This document shows positions 1 through 13,420 of a DNA stretch of 64,000 nt, one piece after another. Every line of letters starts with the position of its first letter. Positions within the stretch are counted from its first letter, which is position 1. Source of the DNA: Lama guanicoe. Its lineage: Eukaryota. Made by a program: the position numbers and the translations under genes. The notes beneath the pieces were generated by a model. It did no database searches. It worked only from the letters and a program-made list of their open reading frames with translations, and was not told the origin of the DNA. The DNA is taken from the NCBI GenBank assembly GCA_013239625.1, contig MU053873.1, positions 2,990,524-3,054,523 of the forward strand. The letters run 5' to 3'.

Positions 1-55
1 GATCTGGCCTCTTTCACTCAGTATAGCATGTTTTGAGGTTCATCCATGTTGTTGA
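1..55 (-). mobile_element. Old L1 3' region fragment
   Basis: ctttcactcagtatagcatgttttgaggttcatccatgttgt is typical L1M 3' sequence in antisense. Confidence 0.6.
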
Positions 56-1989
56 CAGAGGTGGGAGGAGAGGGAGGAGGGGGAGAGAGAGACACCCCGG
101 GAGAAGAGAGAAATCAGTTCCCTTAAATGCCCCACTCTCCCCGCAGACGCGCCAGACCCCAGACAGCACTACCCAGAGCACCCACCCTCCCACATGCCCC
201 TCGTGCCTGAGGGGTCACCACCTCGCGGCTTCTCCTCTCTCCCCTGGCTGGTTAGTAACTGAGGGGCTGTGTGGCCCAGGATCTAGACTGATCAGCGTCA
301 AAGCCCATCTTTTCTGAGCTCCCCAGGGAACCTGGCGCACGGATCGCGCTGGTGCCTCACCGCAGCCCCTGGATGACCGGGCTCCCCTCCCTTCCTCATC
401 TCTCTCCACTTCCTCTCCCCAACTCCACTGTGCCAGCCTGTCTTTTCTCGGTGCCTCCAAGGCTGAGGAGGCTTCTGTGCTCCTGTTCCTGGGTCCTGAT
501 GCTCCAGGCTGCACAAGGAGGTCAGAGAGGTCCTTAAAGTGTCAAACAGCGGCCTCCAGCTGCACCAAGAAAAAGATCAAACTCCTTCCCTGGCCTCAGA
601 GCCCCATGTGGAGGCTCGTCCCAGCTTCCCAGCCTCCTGTACTCCCATCTTCACTCCCAAGCCCAGTCCTCCTTCCCAGAACCCTCTTCCAACACACCCC
701 TGTGCAGCCTGCTCCCCCTCACTACCCAGGGCTCAGCTCAAAGGTCACCTTCTAAGCCCAGCCCCAGCCCACCTTTGCAAGATATCACACACACCCACCA
801 CCGACACTCGTGATTACAAACCCCCTGCACAACCTGAAACCACCCTGCTTCTTTGTGGGTTTACTTGTTTACCATCTGCTTCCCGTGTTTAGATCAGAGA
901 CGTGTATGTACTAAATACTCAACAAACAGGTGCAGTGAGGAAGGGGTGTCCGATCTGGCACATTTCCTCCGGGCTGGGAGAAAACTGTGCCACTTTGGTC
1001 CAAGGACTTAACTTCTCTGAGACTGAGGGTTCCTCATCTGCAAAATGGGCACGATAGACTTCCCTTCCTCAGGGTGGTGCTGGAAGGTGGGGGCGGGCTG
1101 GTACAAGGCGTGCTATTAATACATGGTGGCCCGTTTATTTTTACTATTCTTTCTTCCTTGGATGTCAAGGGTTAGAAGCCGGACTTGGGACCCCTGAGCC
1201 TCCAATTCCGGACAAACATCTACCTTCCATCTGTGAGGACCTGCGGGGAGAATCACTCCCCATCTCACCCCAACAGCACGAGGCAGCTCCCCGAAGAGGC
1301 TGCATCTGAAGAAAGAGAACAAGACGGCCCCGAGGAAGAGGCTCCGCGAGACACAAGGAGCGGTTTCAGACAATATCTAATTTGTATTCTCCAAGCGACG
1401 CAAAAGGACACTGCATCTCTAAAAAGGGAACAATCAGAGATTAGGGAAGATTGCTGTGAGAGAAAACCTTGTTTAAATCTATTACTGAACAAAAATGGTC
1501 TGTGGGTTTTGAATGGAAAATTTGTGTTTCTGCTCCCATCTCAGATTAACCCGTGGCAGACAGCCGCGGAGTCCGCGGGGAGCGGATGGGGGCAGGGCTG
1601 GGGACAGAGTCTCACGGCTGGTATTTTTACACTGTTTCTAAAACCCTTGTGCTGAGAACAAACCTGCAGGATCCTTGGAAGCCTCAGATGACTACCTGAA
1701 TGGTCATCCCCATTTTACAGATGGGGAGACTGGGGCTCACAGGGATGAACTTCAATGCTGTCACATCATTTAGTTGTCCTGCTACTGTCCTTGGCCCCTC
1801 TGCAGTGTTCTCCATGCATCCGCCAGAGTGATGTAATTTAGCGAGTGTGTTTGGGCTTTTGTCATCTTCTGGATCATCTGCAGGGCCCGACTTGCCTGTT
1901 CCGGCAGAGCCGGGGGCACTGCTGATACCTGCACCTGGCTTTGCACAGCCCCGGCCTGGTGGCAACGAAAGGACTTCTTAGAAGCCTCA

Positions 1990-2505
1990 GAGCTTCTCAG
2001 TCTTGGCAGCATATCTGAATCACCTGCAGAGCTTCCCCATCCCTCATTCCCTGTACTCAGCAGATCCGGGGTGGGACCCAGACCTTGGGTTTTACAAAAG
2101 CTCCCCCAGCGATGCTGAGGCGTGGCTGCCATTAAGGACCACTGGTTACCTAAATTGGCGCAACTCAGGCAGGATCACCTGGAAGATGCTTGTTAAGTCA
2201 CAGATCACCGGCTGTCACCCCAGACCGGCTAAATCGAAATCTCTGTGGGCAGCGGGTGGGGTCCAACGGCTCCATCTTCTAATAAGCAGGGTGATAGTTA
2301 GGCACATGGATTATTTTAATCGCTTTTTAAAAACAGTCTTCTTGTAGTATAAATGGCATACGATAACCTACACATTTAAAGAGCACAGTTTGATACATTT
2401 TGATACACCTGCATCCACGAAGCCATCGCTGCAGTCACGACAGTGGACCTACCCAATTCCCCCAAAGGGTTCTGCATGTACACCTTCAACTTTGAACTTC
2501 ACTGG
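1990..2505. mobile_element. Two MER5-like hAT-Charlie elements, the second interrupted by an old L1 3' fragment (about 2320-2480)
   Basis: gaatcacctg...ggggtgggacccag...aagctcccc...accactg motifs; L1-type tacacatttaaagagcacagtttgatacattttga insert. Confidence 0.55.
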
Positions 2506-4059
2506 CTTAGAAGATAAACTCAAACAGGCAAGCACAGTAATCAAGAGGTCAGAGTTTGGCTTCTGAGAGGCGGGTTCCCGTTCCAGTGCTGCCACTCACC
2601 AGCTGTGGGATTCTGGGGCGGCTGCTTCCCCTCTCCGAGCCTCAATTTCTTCATTTTATGGTCCGAAATTCACAATGTTATTGGAAGCATTGAAGGAGAT
2701 CTTTGGAGAGCGCCTTGATGAAAGTTAAGTCCCCCATCACCCTGCCATTATCAGGAGACCCACCACCTTCTCCACTGTCGTGGCGGGCTGAGAGGAGGAA
2801 GCAGACCTGGGAAGCAGAGATGCTTGGGAAGGATGAGGGGTGGAAAGGGGTGAGTCTTGTCTTCTCCATTGGGTGCCCACTGTCTGGCGCCATGCTGGTG
2901 TGTACACTCCGCTTTCACAGAAATGGGTGAGTGACAAATGCCGTGCTGTCCAGCATAGACAAGACACTGGGGTGGGAAGGTGGGGTGTCATCAAGCCTTA
3001 TCGTCCCTCCCTGCCTCCACCTCCACCTTCATCCACCTTCTTTTCCGACCACACTCCCCATTTCTGGCTCGGGACACAAGCCTGCAGCCTGGCCCTCCAT
3101 CTCCCCAGACTCTGTCCTTTTTTGGAGCTTGGCTACTTCCTCAGGAACACCTACATCTATTTTCCAGCTCGTCTGTTTCTCTTCAGAAGTTCATTTGTTT
3201 GTGTCTTTGCTCATTTGGTCTATTGTTCAGGCAGGCGAGGATCTGCACGTAACCATTTCTGCACCTCCGTGGGCGTGTGCCCATGCTATCCTAGGACTTA
3301 GCCTCACCGTAGGGGCACCAAGAAGAGCTTGTTAACTAGGTGAGCGGAGAGGAAGCAGTGCTGTTCCCAGGGATGACGTTATCAGCACCTCTGATCCCAT
3401 TCACCCCTGTTCTCCACTTCCACTGGGTCTGGGGGCTCGGCCTCTCCTATGGTCAATGGCACATTTTTACTGAGAGGTACTGGGCGTTTCCCATGTGTTT
3501 GTGCGACTTTTTTTCTCACCAGCTGAGCTGTCAAACCTGGAGGGCAGAGGCCACTATGCAGACCTTGGCCCCTGAGTGCCTATCACAGAGCCTTATAGAC
3601 AGTCAGTGCTCAGAGTGGCATGTGGAGGAGACAGAGCCAATCACTCATAATCGTAATCCTAGCAGCTCCCATTTATTGAGCTTCTGGTACTTTCTACACA
3701 TCACCTCATTCGACCCACAGGGGAGGAGGAGGCTATTTGCCTGGTTTGACACTTGAGGAAACTGGGGCTCAGAGAGGTTCAATGGCCACACAGCCATCAA
3801 CAATAGAGCAGAAATTGGAGCCTCGGTCTGTTGGACTCCAAGGACAGTGCTCCCTCCATCCACTCATTTAAGAGATCTTTGTGCCTGGCTTCATGCTGGC
3901 GATGTGTGCAGAGCAAAAACACTCACAGTTCAAGTCTTTATGGAGCTTGTAACAGTTACAACTTATGGAATAAGGTGCAAGTCCTGTGGAATTAATTCAG
4001 GCCCTGCAAGTCACATGAGGCCCTAGCCCGTGGCAATGAGGTCAGGGGTCAGCGGACCA

Positions 4060-4350
4060 GGGCTTACCCAGCCACTCGACAGTGGCAACAAGGAACCCTA
4101 GCTCCTCCTCTTTCTGCTCCCCATCCTTGTGTGGCTCCTCTCTTCATGGCTGAAAAATGACCACCACACCAGCCTTCACTGGCTTTATGTTCCAGTGAGG
4201 AACAAAGGGCAAAAGGCACCCAAGTTGAGTCTCTCCTCTTCCGAGAATCTTTCTCAGAAGTCTCAACAGCACCTTCTGCTTGCATCTCATTGGCCAGACG
4301 GTGTCCCATGGCCATTCCTACCTGCAAGGAATTCTGGGAATTCAACCACA
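4060..4350 (-). mobile_element. MLT1 (MaLR) LTR fragment
   Basis: cttctgcttgcatctcattggccaga...catggccattcctacctgcaagga typical of MLT1I/J. Confidence 0.6.
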
Positions 4351-4559
4351 GTAGAGAAAGGCCAGAGCGGACGGGATTGGACTGGGCATTTGGTAAATGT
4401 GCCCACAGTTTCCCAGAGCTCACAGGGAGACAGATTTTTTTAACCGAAAAATCGCATAAGAATGAAGGTGCAATTACGAGCTGAGATAAGAGCTCTGAAG
4501 GAATGGAACACGATCCTCTGAGTACGTGTTTAAGTTTCTGATCTCAAATGTAGCTAAGG

Positions 4560-5080
4560 CCGTGAGCAAAGCACACACTTGCTTTGCAGAATTAATACTT
4601 CAGCTGGAATTTGAAGAATGACTCGGTGAACTTGGTGAAAGCAGGAGGGAAGTATGTTCCAGGCTGATGAAACAGCTTGTGCAGCGGCGAGAGGTGGGCA
4701 GGGGCCCAGCCCCGGCTGGGAACAGTAAATTATATTCATAGTTTTGGTCTTTATTCTGAAAGCAATGGGGAGCCACAGAAGGGTTTTAAAACTGGGAGGA
4801 CGCGTTGGCAGATCCGTGTGTTGGGAAGATGGCTGCGGTAGCAGCATGGAGAACGGATTGAAAGTCGGAAGCCAGAAGACCAGTGAGGGGACTGCGGGAG
4901 TCGGCCGGTGAGAGCTGATGGTGGCTAAGACTGGGATGATGGCAGGAGGGATGGAGAAAAAGCGAGCTGCCTTGAGGAATATTTAGGAGGCAAAACTAAA
5001 AGGACTTGGAAATGGACTGGCTAAAGGAAGTGAGGGAGAGCAGGGAGTAATGGATGGCATGCACGCTTTCATTCTGCTGA
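4560..5080 (-). mobile_element. L2 fragment
   Basis: ttggtctttattctgaaagcaatggggagccacagaagggttttaa and downstream L2 hallmarks. Confidence 0.7.
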
Positions 5081-6489
5081 AGCGCCCACGTGGTAGCACC
5101 AGCCACTAAGCCAGCACACACTCCAGAGAGATTGCCAGGCCTGTGGCACGGCGTGGGGCGGGGGACAGTGAGCCGAGGAGCGTGAGCCACGTGAAGGTTT
5201 GCTGCTCTGTGGAATCAGAAGCCACCCTTTCTTTACAAATCCTTCACCTTCCAGGCAGCCATGCTAGCCCTGCATTTAGCTCCTAATGCAGCTGATTCAG
5301 GGTGCCTGTAGCTACCCATTTACTTACTTCCTGTCCAGATTGCAAATCGCCACTTGGGACAGCAGCGATTTTCCTCAAGCGCATCCCTGATCCCTCTTTC
5401 TCCGTGGAAGATGTGACGCCTTACCCCAGCGTGGCCAAAAGCATCATCCTGTTGGTTCTCTTCCTTCCTGGAGTCATCTCATTCCTCAGCCACAGATGCT
5501 GGGCCGGGGCCTCTGCCTATTTTCCCTTCTATGTGTTCAGCTTGTCCTTGAAAAGACCCCTGCCCTCCTTCTTGAAAGCAGCCACTCCTGAAGTCTAATG
5601 GCTTCTGACAGGCTGAGTGATCCCGCTGCTTGGAACCAGTAATGGAGGAGCTGGCGCTGGCTTGGTGGTGGTTGTGATTCTTAGTGTTCTGTGGATGGCA
5701 TCGACTGGGGGAAGCAAGCCAATCTCTCTGACTGAGTCAGCTTCCTGACCAGTGACAGGCTCGTCCTGTGTTTGGCGTGACAAGCTATCTGCCCGACAAA
5801 GTTCCTGCTAGCTGTGCAAAGCTCATCAGAAAACCGAAATTGCTTGAGTCTGGGATAAATTGGAGCCTCCTCCTCTCTCTCAATGCCCTGAGTTGTGGGA
5901 TGGTTGGGACAAATCTTTTCAAGGGGCTTTAGAATCATACCACCCCAAACTCGTCACATCATTGATTTCTCCCCTTTGTTTAGAGTAGCTTATTTTTTTC
6001 AGTAACTTACTTTCAGATCCCAAAGTAAAATACATTTATTGTAGAACTTCTGTAGTACAGATAATGGCATATCTAAGATAGATGTCTTCATTTTAGTGCA
6101 GCTGATTTGCAGATGACTGCAGACTCATGTCATGGCAGTTCTAACTTCCTGAATTGGGGGTGATTTGTTATGCAGCATTATCATAGCAACAGCTGACTGA
6201 TACAGGTACTTATATCTATCTAGCTACTTAAACTCTAATCTAGGGGAGTCATCCTTGATTGCCTCCTTTCTCCCTCCCTCTCCACATCCAATCCATCTGC
6301 ACCTCTTGCCAACTTGTTCTTCAAAACATACCTTCCATCTGTGTGCTCTCTTCATCACCCCTGCCACCACCCTAATCCTATATCAAACCTCTCTAAACTC
6401 CTATGCAGATGACAGCAATAGCTTCCTACTGGTCTCCCATTTTACTCTTCTTCGGTCTACCCTCCAGTCAGTGGCCAGAATATTTCTTT

Positions 6490-6840
6490 ATTTTTATTGA
6501 AGTATAATTGATTTACAATGTTGTGTTAGTTTCTGGTGTACAGCATAGTGATTCAGTTATGTATATACGTATATACATATATTATTATTCTTTATGGCTG
6601 AGTAATATTCCATTGCATATATATGTGTGTGTGGTATATATATATATATATGTATATATATACACCACATCTTCTTTATCCAATCATCTACTAATGGACA
6701 TTTAGGTTGCTTCCATGTTTTGGCTATTGTAAATAATGCTACGAACAGCAAGGTGCATGTATCTTTTCAGATTGGAGTTTTATCCAGACATATGCCCAGG
6801 AGTGGGATTGCTGCATCATAAGATAACTCTATTTTTAGCT
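6490..6840 (-). mobile_element. L1 3' end with internal deletion, inserted in an L2 (about 6240-6990)
   Basis: ttttattgaagtataattgatttacaatgttgtgttagtttctggtgtacagc terminus; minus-strand translation LFTIAKTWKQPKCP...WIKKMW is the L1 ORF2 C-terminus. Confidence 0.9.
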
Positions 6841-7624
6841 CAGACTGAGTTTTAAATAATATTAAATCACCTCCTGCTCTCAACCCAAACAGATACTTCC
6901 CACTGTATATAGGAAAAAAACCCCAAACTCTTCACCATGGCTTCAAAGGCACCAGATGATCTGTCCCTGCCTGCCTCTCTGATCTCTCCTATTCCTCTTT
7001 GTCTGCCACCACCCCTAGTTATAGAGAACAGAGCTGGGCTGGGGCCCACTCTTCTGACTCCCTGTCCAGTTCTCCTTCTGCTTCATAGAGTGACCTTTCG
7101 TTGGGGTAACAGGTGTCCTCAAATCTCCCTAACTCCTCCTTGGTTACAGAATCGCTGATTTAGAAATGTCCAAGAGCCAGGCTAAGTCCAGTTCTCCCTC
7201 ATTTCCCCTCCCACCTTAGTTTCTGCCTCTAAAGCTCTCTCATGATCAATAACCTCCTTAAATTAATTGTCAGCAACAGCTAGTGTTATGAGGGATTTTT
7301 CCAATTGGATTAATTCAGCTTGATTTTTTTCCTTAAGACATTTTACTCAGTGATAATAACCCACTGGATCTGTCACTGATCCCTCGGTGCTTAATAACAA
7401 GGCCACTTTAATAGTAATTAATTCCAATATTGAATATACTTTCATTAAGAGCAGAAATGATAGGTAAGATTTAGTGAGCTATGAATTATCAAACTCAGAT
7501 GATATCAGCTTTGCTTTACAAATGCTGAGTATTCCCCAGACTCTCAATTTCCTACCTTCTCCCTATCCTGGGGACTTAATTATAATGATAATTATGATGA
7601 CAATAATAATAATAATAATTACTG

Positions 7625-7865
7625 CCAACATTTACTGAATGTTTTCCACGTACCAAACACTACACTAAGCACTTTACACGCATCATCTGAATTAAAACTC
7701 ACAATAATCTTTTCATGCAGATTATTATTATTATCCCCATGTTACAGGTGAGAAAACTGAGTCCCAGAGAAACAAAGGGATTTTTTTCAAGGTCACATAA
7801 GCTACAAATCAGCAGGGCCAGAATTCAAACTCAGGCTGACCACCAAATCTGCGTTTTTAATCCCT
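7625..7865 (-). mobile_element. MIR SINE
   Basis: attatccccatgttacaggtgagaaaactgagtcccagaga core. Confidence 0.8.
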
Positions 7866-8344
7866 AAAGAGCACTCCCTTCCACTGAAGGGGAGGCCAAG
7901 GAGCAGGTACTCTGTCACCAATGACGCTTGCAACGAAACTTGAGAAACTCAACTTACTCTACAATGTAATTAAAAATAGATTGTGTTTGATGCAAAGGAC
8001 TTGAGTGGCTTGTGTTGCAAAATTTGGTTCGTGGGACTTTGATCTGTAAGGCAAGAGTACTTGAAATGTCATTAACTTTGGCTTTAGACTGACCTGGAGC
8101 TGAAGTCTAAGTTGTTAGGAGTTGCATGATCTCTGACAGGAGTCGTTGTTCACGCATAACCTATTTTCTCTCTTTTTCCGCCCACCTCACTGACACCACC
8201 CTAATATGCCCAGTTTGTGGACAGAAGAGGGAACATTCCTGAGAAGAGCTGAATGACTATCACATCCGGGGTGAACTGCCAGGACCAGCAGTTATACTGC
8301 CTCCTAGTGGTGGAGACGGCCACAAACGACATCCCAACCAGGGT

Positions 8345-8562
8345 AAGAGCTTTTCAGCCTCAGCACAATGGACATTTTGGACCAGATCATTCTTCGTTGA
8401 GGGAGGCTGTCCTGTGCATCACAGGATGTTTACCAGCATTCCTGGCTTCTACTTACTAGATGCCAGTGGTCCCTCCTCAGCTGTGACAACAACAACAAAA
8501 GTCTCCAGACATTGCCAGATGTTTCCTGGGGGTGCAAAATTGCCCTCAGTGGAGAACCACAG
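8345..8562. mobile_element. MER20 (hAT-Charlie)
   Basis: ggctgtcctgtgcatcacaggatgtttaccagcattcctggcttctacttactagatgccagt...gtctccagacattgccagatgt. Confidence 0.85.
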
Positions 8563-9159
8563 CTACAAATAAAAATCTAACAGCAACTACTTGTCATGGG
8601 CAGTGTTATTAGGGATTCCCACTGGGTTCCAATATACAGGATATTCTGTTTACATGAATGAAAAAATTCTTTCTTTCTTATTAAGCCATTTTATAATCAT
8701 CCCCCCAGTTTCCCCCTGTAATGTTGGAATTTGTCTTATATACCAGCAGGTTTTGTTTCTCAGAAAATATCATGGTTTCTCTCTCTAATGCACAGTTCCC
8801 TTCTCTAGAATGACAGGCATGACACTACTGAGCCCTGAGGACTGCTGGAAGGTCCTGTGTCAAGAGCCTGGTGTACAGTAAAGGCTCAATAAGTGCTCAT
8901 TTCCTTCTTCCCCATGAGCCAGCAAAGACGCTTCCAGAGGAAGAGGCAAGTGGTGGAATGGAGTAAAGCCAGCAGGGCAGTGAGACGGGGGCCCTGGGTT
9001 TGTGTCCTAGTCCTGTCCCTGTCTTGCCATGTGACCCTGCATAGGGTGCTTATCCCTCTCTGGACTTCCCTGTCCCCTGTCTTTAAGGTGATGAAGTTGG
9101 ACTAGAACCTCTCCAAGGCCCCCAAGCTCTGAAGTCAAGGGTTCTATAAGGCTGTGCAT

Positions 9160-9325
9160 GACAGTGGTTCCTTAACTAAGCATGAACTAGACTCATCAGA
9201 GGAACTGGTTCAGATGCAGACTCCCAGGCCCCAGCTTAAGAGTTTCTGATTTAGTGAGTCTGGGATGGATCCTAGGAATCTTCATGTCTAACCAGGTCCC
9301 AATCCCACCTCCAAGTGGTTCGAAT
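9160..9325. mobile_element. MER5A-like element
   Basis: cagtggttc...atgcagactcccaggcccc...tctgatttagtgagtctgggatgg. Confidence 0.65.
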
Positions 9326-10299
9326 GGGAGGGGTACTGAGCCCAGGCTCCCGGAAACTGTCCTCACCTTCTATGGCCCAAGCGCACCAGAAGTCCCGTGA
9401 GCTTGCTGAGAACACGCACCGGACTGATGCTTCATTCTTTTCTGATTTCCTGCAATAAACTTTTTTCTGAAAAGTCGGCCTGGATGAAATTGTGGGCAAA
9501 TCGAGTATCACCTAACACAGATCTTTAGAAATGAAACCTGCCTGGACTTGGGCCCAAGAAGGTATCAACCAATAAGCCTTCTGGATACCTCGTCCTATGC
9601 TGGGTGTGTGCGTGTCCTGGGGAGGAGAGATGGCAGGTGTCTCTTTAAACCTCACAGTGTTGTTGGGTAGAAGAGACGTTCACAGATCAAATGACAGTAC
9701 TGCTGGTAGCAACTGACCTGCGTGATCGCATGCTATGCACTGAGTCCCATGGGAAGCTCGCTGCACGCTTCCTCATGGGCAGTCTTCTTGACACTTCTAT
9801 GGGGCACGGACTGACAGTGTCTATTTCACGCACGGGACAGAGGAGCCTCCAGGAGCTGGAGTAACTTTCTGCCACTCTGTTAGGAAGTAGCAGAGCCAAA
9901 ATTCTCCCAGCCAGTCTTCCTCCTACAGCCCTGTGATTTAACCGCTGCCCAGTGCTAACAAGCGCTATGGTTAGCTTCAGTCAGGGAAGTGAGAGTGTGT
10001 ACCCAAGATGCTAATTGGCAATTAGACAATGGGAACACACCATGTTAGAAGAAAGAGCAGTCTCTGCGGGCTGGAACAGACAGCAGAGGTAAGACTTAAT
10101 TGGGCCTTGAAGGCTGTGGGGAGAATCAGACGGGCAAGGGCAGGGGGTAAGCTGTGGGAGTGAGAGAAGGGATTTGAGAAGGATTTCATTTTTTATTTTA
10201 TTTGTTCAACATTTATGGGCTCTTCCAAAGGAAGCTTGGCTATTCATCCCTCTCTCCATTCCTTCCTTTCATCTTTCTCTTTTCTTTCCTCTTTTTCTT

Positions 10300-10440
10300 A
10301 TTTCATCCATCCATCCATCTAACCATCTATCCATCTTTCCATCCATCCATCCATCTTTCCATCCATCCTTCCACCCTGCCTTCCTTCCATCTATCCATCC
10401 AGCCGGCCATCTTTCCTTCTGTTTATCCATCGATCCATCA
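10300..10440 (+). repeat. Degenerate (TCCA)n simple repeat
   Basis: Tandem catc/tcca units. Confidence 0.9.
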
Positions 10441-10999
10441 GTCTAATATTTACTGTGTAATAAAAGCCCCAAATCCCCCTTCCCTCTCTTCCTTCCTCCT
10501 CCATCCCTTCTTTTATTCCACATGTATTCCTTGAGCACTTACTAGGTGCCAGACTCCATGCTAAGCCCTGGGGACACAATGGCCGCTTCCCTAGAAGAGC
10601 TCACAATCCACTGGGGGAGAGAGAAGTAGAGGACCGCGGGACCACACAGCGACGACCATGACAGATTCTGCACACGCTATACAGGGTGGCCTCACAGGGA
10701 TGCGTTCCGGATTGAGGAAGGCGCCTGCACAGTGCCTGTCCTTCAAGCTCAGCTGGCAACAGATCTTGGGTTCACCCAAGACATCTGGTAGAGTGGAAAG
10801 AGGCGGGAGGCCCACAGCCTAATGCTGGGTGTGCTCCCAGACCTCAGTGTCCTCATCTGTACAGTGAAGACACAACAGCTGCTCTGTCTGCCTCAAAGGG
10901 ATGTAGGGCACTGAGGAGGGCAGGGTCAGGGACGGTGCACTATTATTACCGTCTCTGACTTACGAGTCTATGCAAGTGTCAGCCCCACTGGCAGGGGTT

Positions 11000-11097
11000 T
11001 GCCAGTCTCATTCACTAATGTAGCCCCAGTACCTAGGACAGTGCCTGGTACATAGCAGGTGCTCAGTAAATATTTGTTGAATGAACGAATGAATGGA
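11000..11097 (+). mobile_element. L2 3' terminus
   Basis: gtgcctggtacatagcaggtgctcagtaaatatttgttgaatgaacgaatgaat. Confidence 0.8.
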
Positions 11098-13234
11098 TGA
11101 TGCTTTCCATTTTGCAGTTATGACAACTGCGGCCCAGAAAGGTACAGCCACCTGCCCACAGGTGCACAGCGAGCAGCCGTGGACCTAGGGTTCTCACTAG
11201 AGCTATTAGACAGTAGCATACATGCACTCCCCACTTCCTGTGAGGCTCAGTTCCCCCATCAAAGCTCCCTGGTATCGCTATCCTTGTCACCTACCCCGTG
11301 CCCTGGTGGACAGACACTGTTCTCATTAATGTAATTGCTGTCACTGGGCACTGCATGTCCCTCTTCATTGCCAAGGCTAAATCTGCCCTATTCCCACAGC
11401 CAGAAGCTTTAATGAGCCCCTCATTATTTTTATTGGTTTTTCTCATAGCACGAGATTCAGAAAAATGCCTTCAGAAAGTGGCGAGTTTCCTGGCTTACGT
11501 GGGTACCCTGGGCTCAGAAGATGGATTCACAAGAGAAAGGTTCTTGACATCAAGAGACAAGAGTTCACACAGAAAACAAAGCAAGTCACGTGCTCAATGG
11601 CAAGTTCTAATTTCTTAATTCTTTCAAGCTGTCCACCTACAGGACAGATTTTGTAAGGAAAAGGCACGCAGGACTCAACCAGTCTTGTCTCCATTTCCAC
11701 CGTGGTGCTATTCGCATCTGACCTGCTTTCCTACTGATGCTGGCCAGGAGCGAGGAAAACTTACACTTTTTTTCAGCATCTTCTATGAAGAAGAATGAGG
11801 AACTTTCCCAAGATTTGTTCCACTGAAACATTAAAACCACCCTGTGAGGAAGGTGATGGGCTCCCTTCTCTGCCAGTTGAGGGAACTGGGGCTTAGAGAA
11901 GCCACATGCTCGTTGGTGTCAGAACCAAGACTTGAACCTGGGACTTTCCAATATTACAGCACCCAGCCTCCCTCAAGATGTGAGAATTCTGGCTGCAGCC
12001 AGGGGATCGTCTTTGGCAAAGAAATAGAGCAAAACTCACTGCTCTTCATGGGTCCTGGACACATACTTCACCTCTTTAAGCCCCAGAGGCTGCATCTGTG
12101 AAGTGGGGATGTTATCAGTACTTCAGAGGGCTTTGGTTGTGCTTGAAAAGGGACAGTGAAATGGTATTTATAAAGTGCTCAGCACTGCCGGAAACGTAAC
12201 ACACCCTCAATAAAGGGGAAACCTTGGTTTTCTTTCCCTCTGCTTCGTGGTTATCCATCTCCCTATTCAACTGTGTGTTCATAAAAGACAGGGAACATGT
12301 CTAATTTACCTCTGCTCCCCTGCCCCCAGGAGTCTTACAGGACAGAGAAGGGTCACCAGGAACTGTTTGTAGAAGGAACCAACGTCTGTGTTCATTTTTC
12401 ATCTGCACCAGCCTCGGAATGCCTCCTGCATTCCGGATTCGATTCACCTCTTATGAGAGAAAGCCAGGCTTCTCACCTTCCACCACAGCAGGTGGCAAGG
12501 GGACCTCAGAAGCTGTTCTATGGCAGTTCTAAGTGGAATTTCCTTGGGGAGGAGATTTCCCGTAGAGGTGTGAGGACCACATTTGCCAGGTCCACTCAGA
12601 GCCCCAGAAACCCATTATGGACGAGCCCTGGATATTTGTCATCCATTTTACAGACTAAGAGAATGAGGCCCAGAGAGGGGAGAGGACATCAAGCTATTAG
12701 ACTGGCTCAAGGCCACCCAGATGGGAATTGGTTGGGTGGAGACTTAACTAATGACACAATTAAATAATCACATCATTAACGTGGAATCCCAAATGGATGA
12801 CTACCCTAGAGGAAGAGAGAGAGCTCTCTGTGGGAGTGATACACTGAGATCTGAAGGAGAAGTAGAAGTTAATGAGGCCAAAAGGCAGGGAGGAGCATAT
12901 GAAGAGGATGTTCAAGAAGAGAGAACAGCAGGTGCAAAGGCCCTGTGGTGGAAGGAGCCACCAAAGGCCAGTGAGGCCAAAGTAAAGAGAATAAAGGGAG
13001 GATGTTTGCAGTGCAGATGGAAATGTAAACACGTGTTGGATCCTGTGTGTTCTGACGTCCCGAGGATGACTTTGGGTTTGGTTTTAAGGAGTGTTGTGAG
13101 AAGTGGGCTGGGTTTTAAAATGTGCTGGTAGTGTTTGGGTCCCAGCCCTCTACCAACAGTGTGACCCTGGGTGAGTGCAGGTTGTCATACTAGCTCATAA
13201 GGTTGCTGAATGGAGTAAATGAGATAATAACGTT

Positions 13235-13420
13235 TTCTAAATAAGTTCATTTGTATCATTTTTTTAGATTCCATATATAAGTGATGCCATATGATATTTG
13301 TCTTTCTCTGTCTGACTTACTTCACTTAGTATGATAGTCTCTACGTCCATTCATGTTGCTGCAAATAGCATTGTTTCTTTCTTTTTTATAGCTGAGTAGT
13401 ATTCCACTATTTATATATAA
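13235..13420 (-). mobile_element. L1 ORF2-end/3' UTR internal fragment
   Basis: tttagattccatatataagtgatgccatatgatatttgtctttctctgtctgacttacttcacttag. Confidence 0.9.

Noticed and set aside
1185..1655. 156-aa plus-strand ORF with an acidic stretch
   Set aside because: Non-ATG start, no recognisable family or splice context, antisense to the host gene
6557..6751. ORFs with L1 ORF2-like translation (also 13712-13921, 63531-63737, 63786-63968)
   Set aside because: Short, disrupted fragments of dead L1 copies, not genes
10174..10534. His/Pro/Ser/Ile-rich ORFs (also 30418-30772)
   Set aside because: Translations of (TCCA)n simple repeats
12486..12498. CTCF-like ACAGCAGGTGGCA (weaker look-alikes near 26505, 46081 and 62714)
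   Set aside because: Mismatches or indels at key core positions; expected by chance in 64 kb
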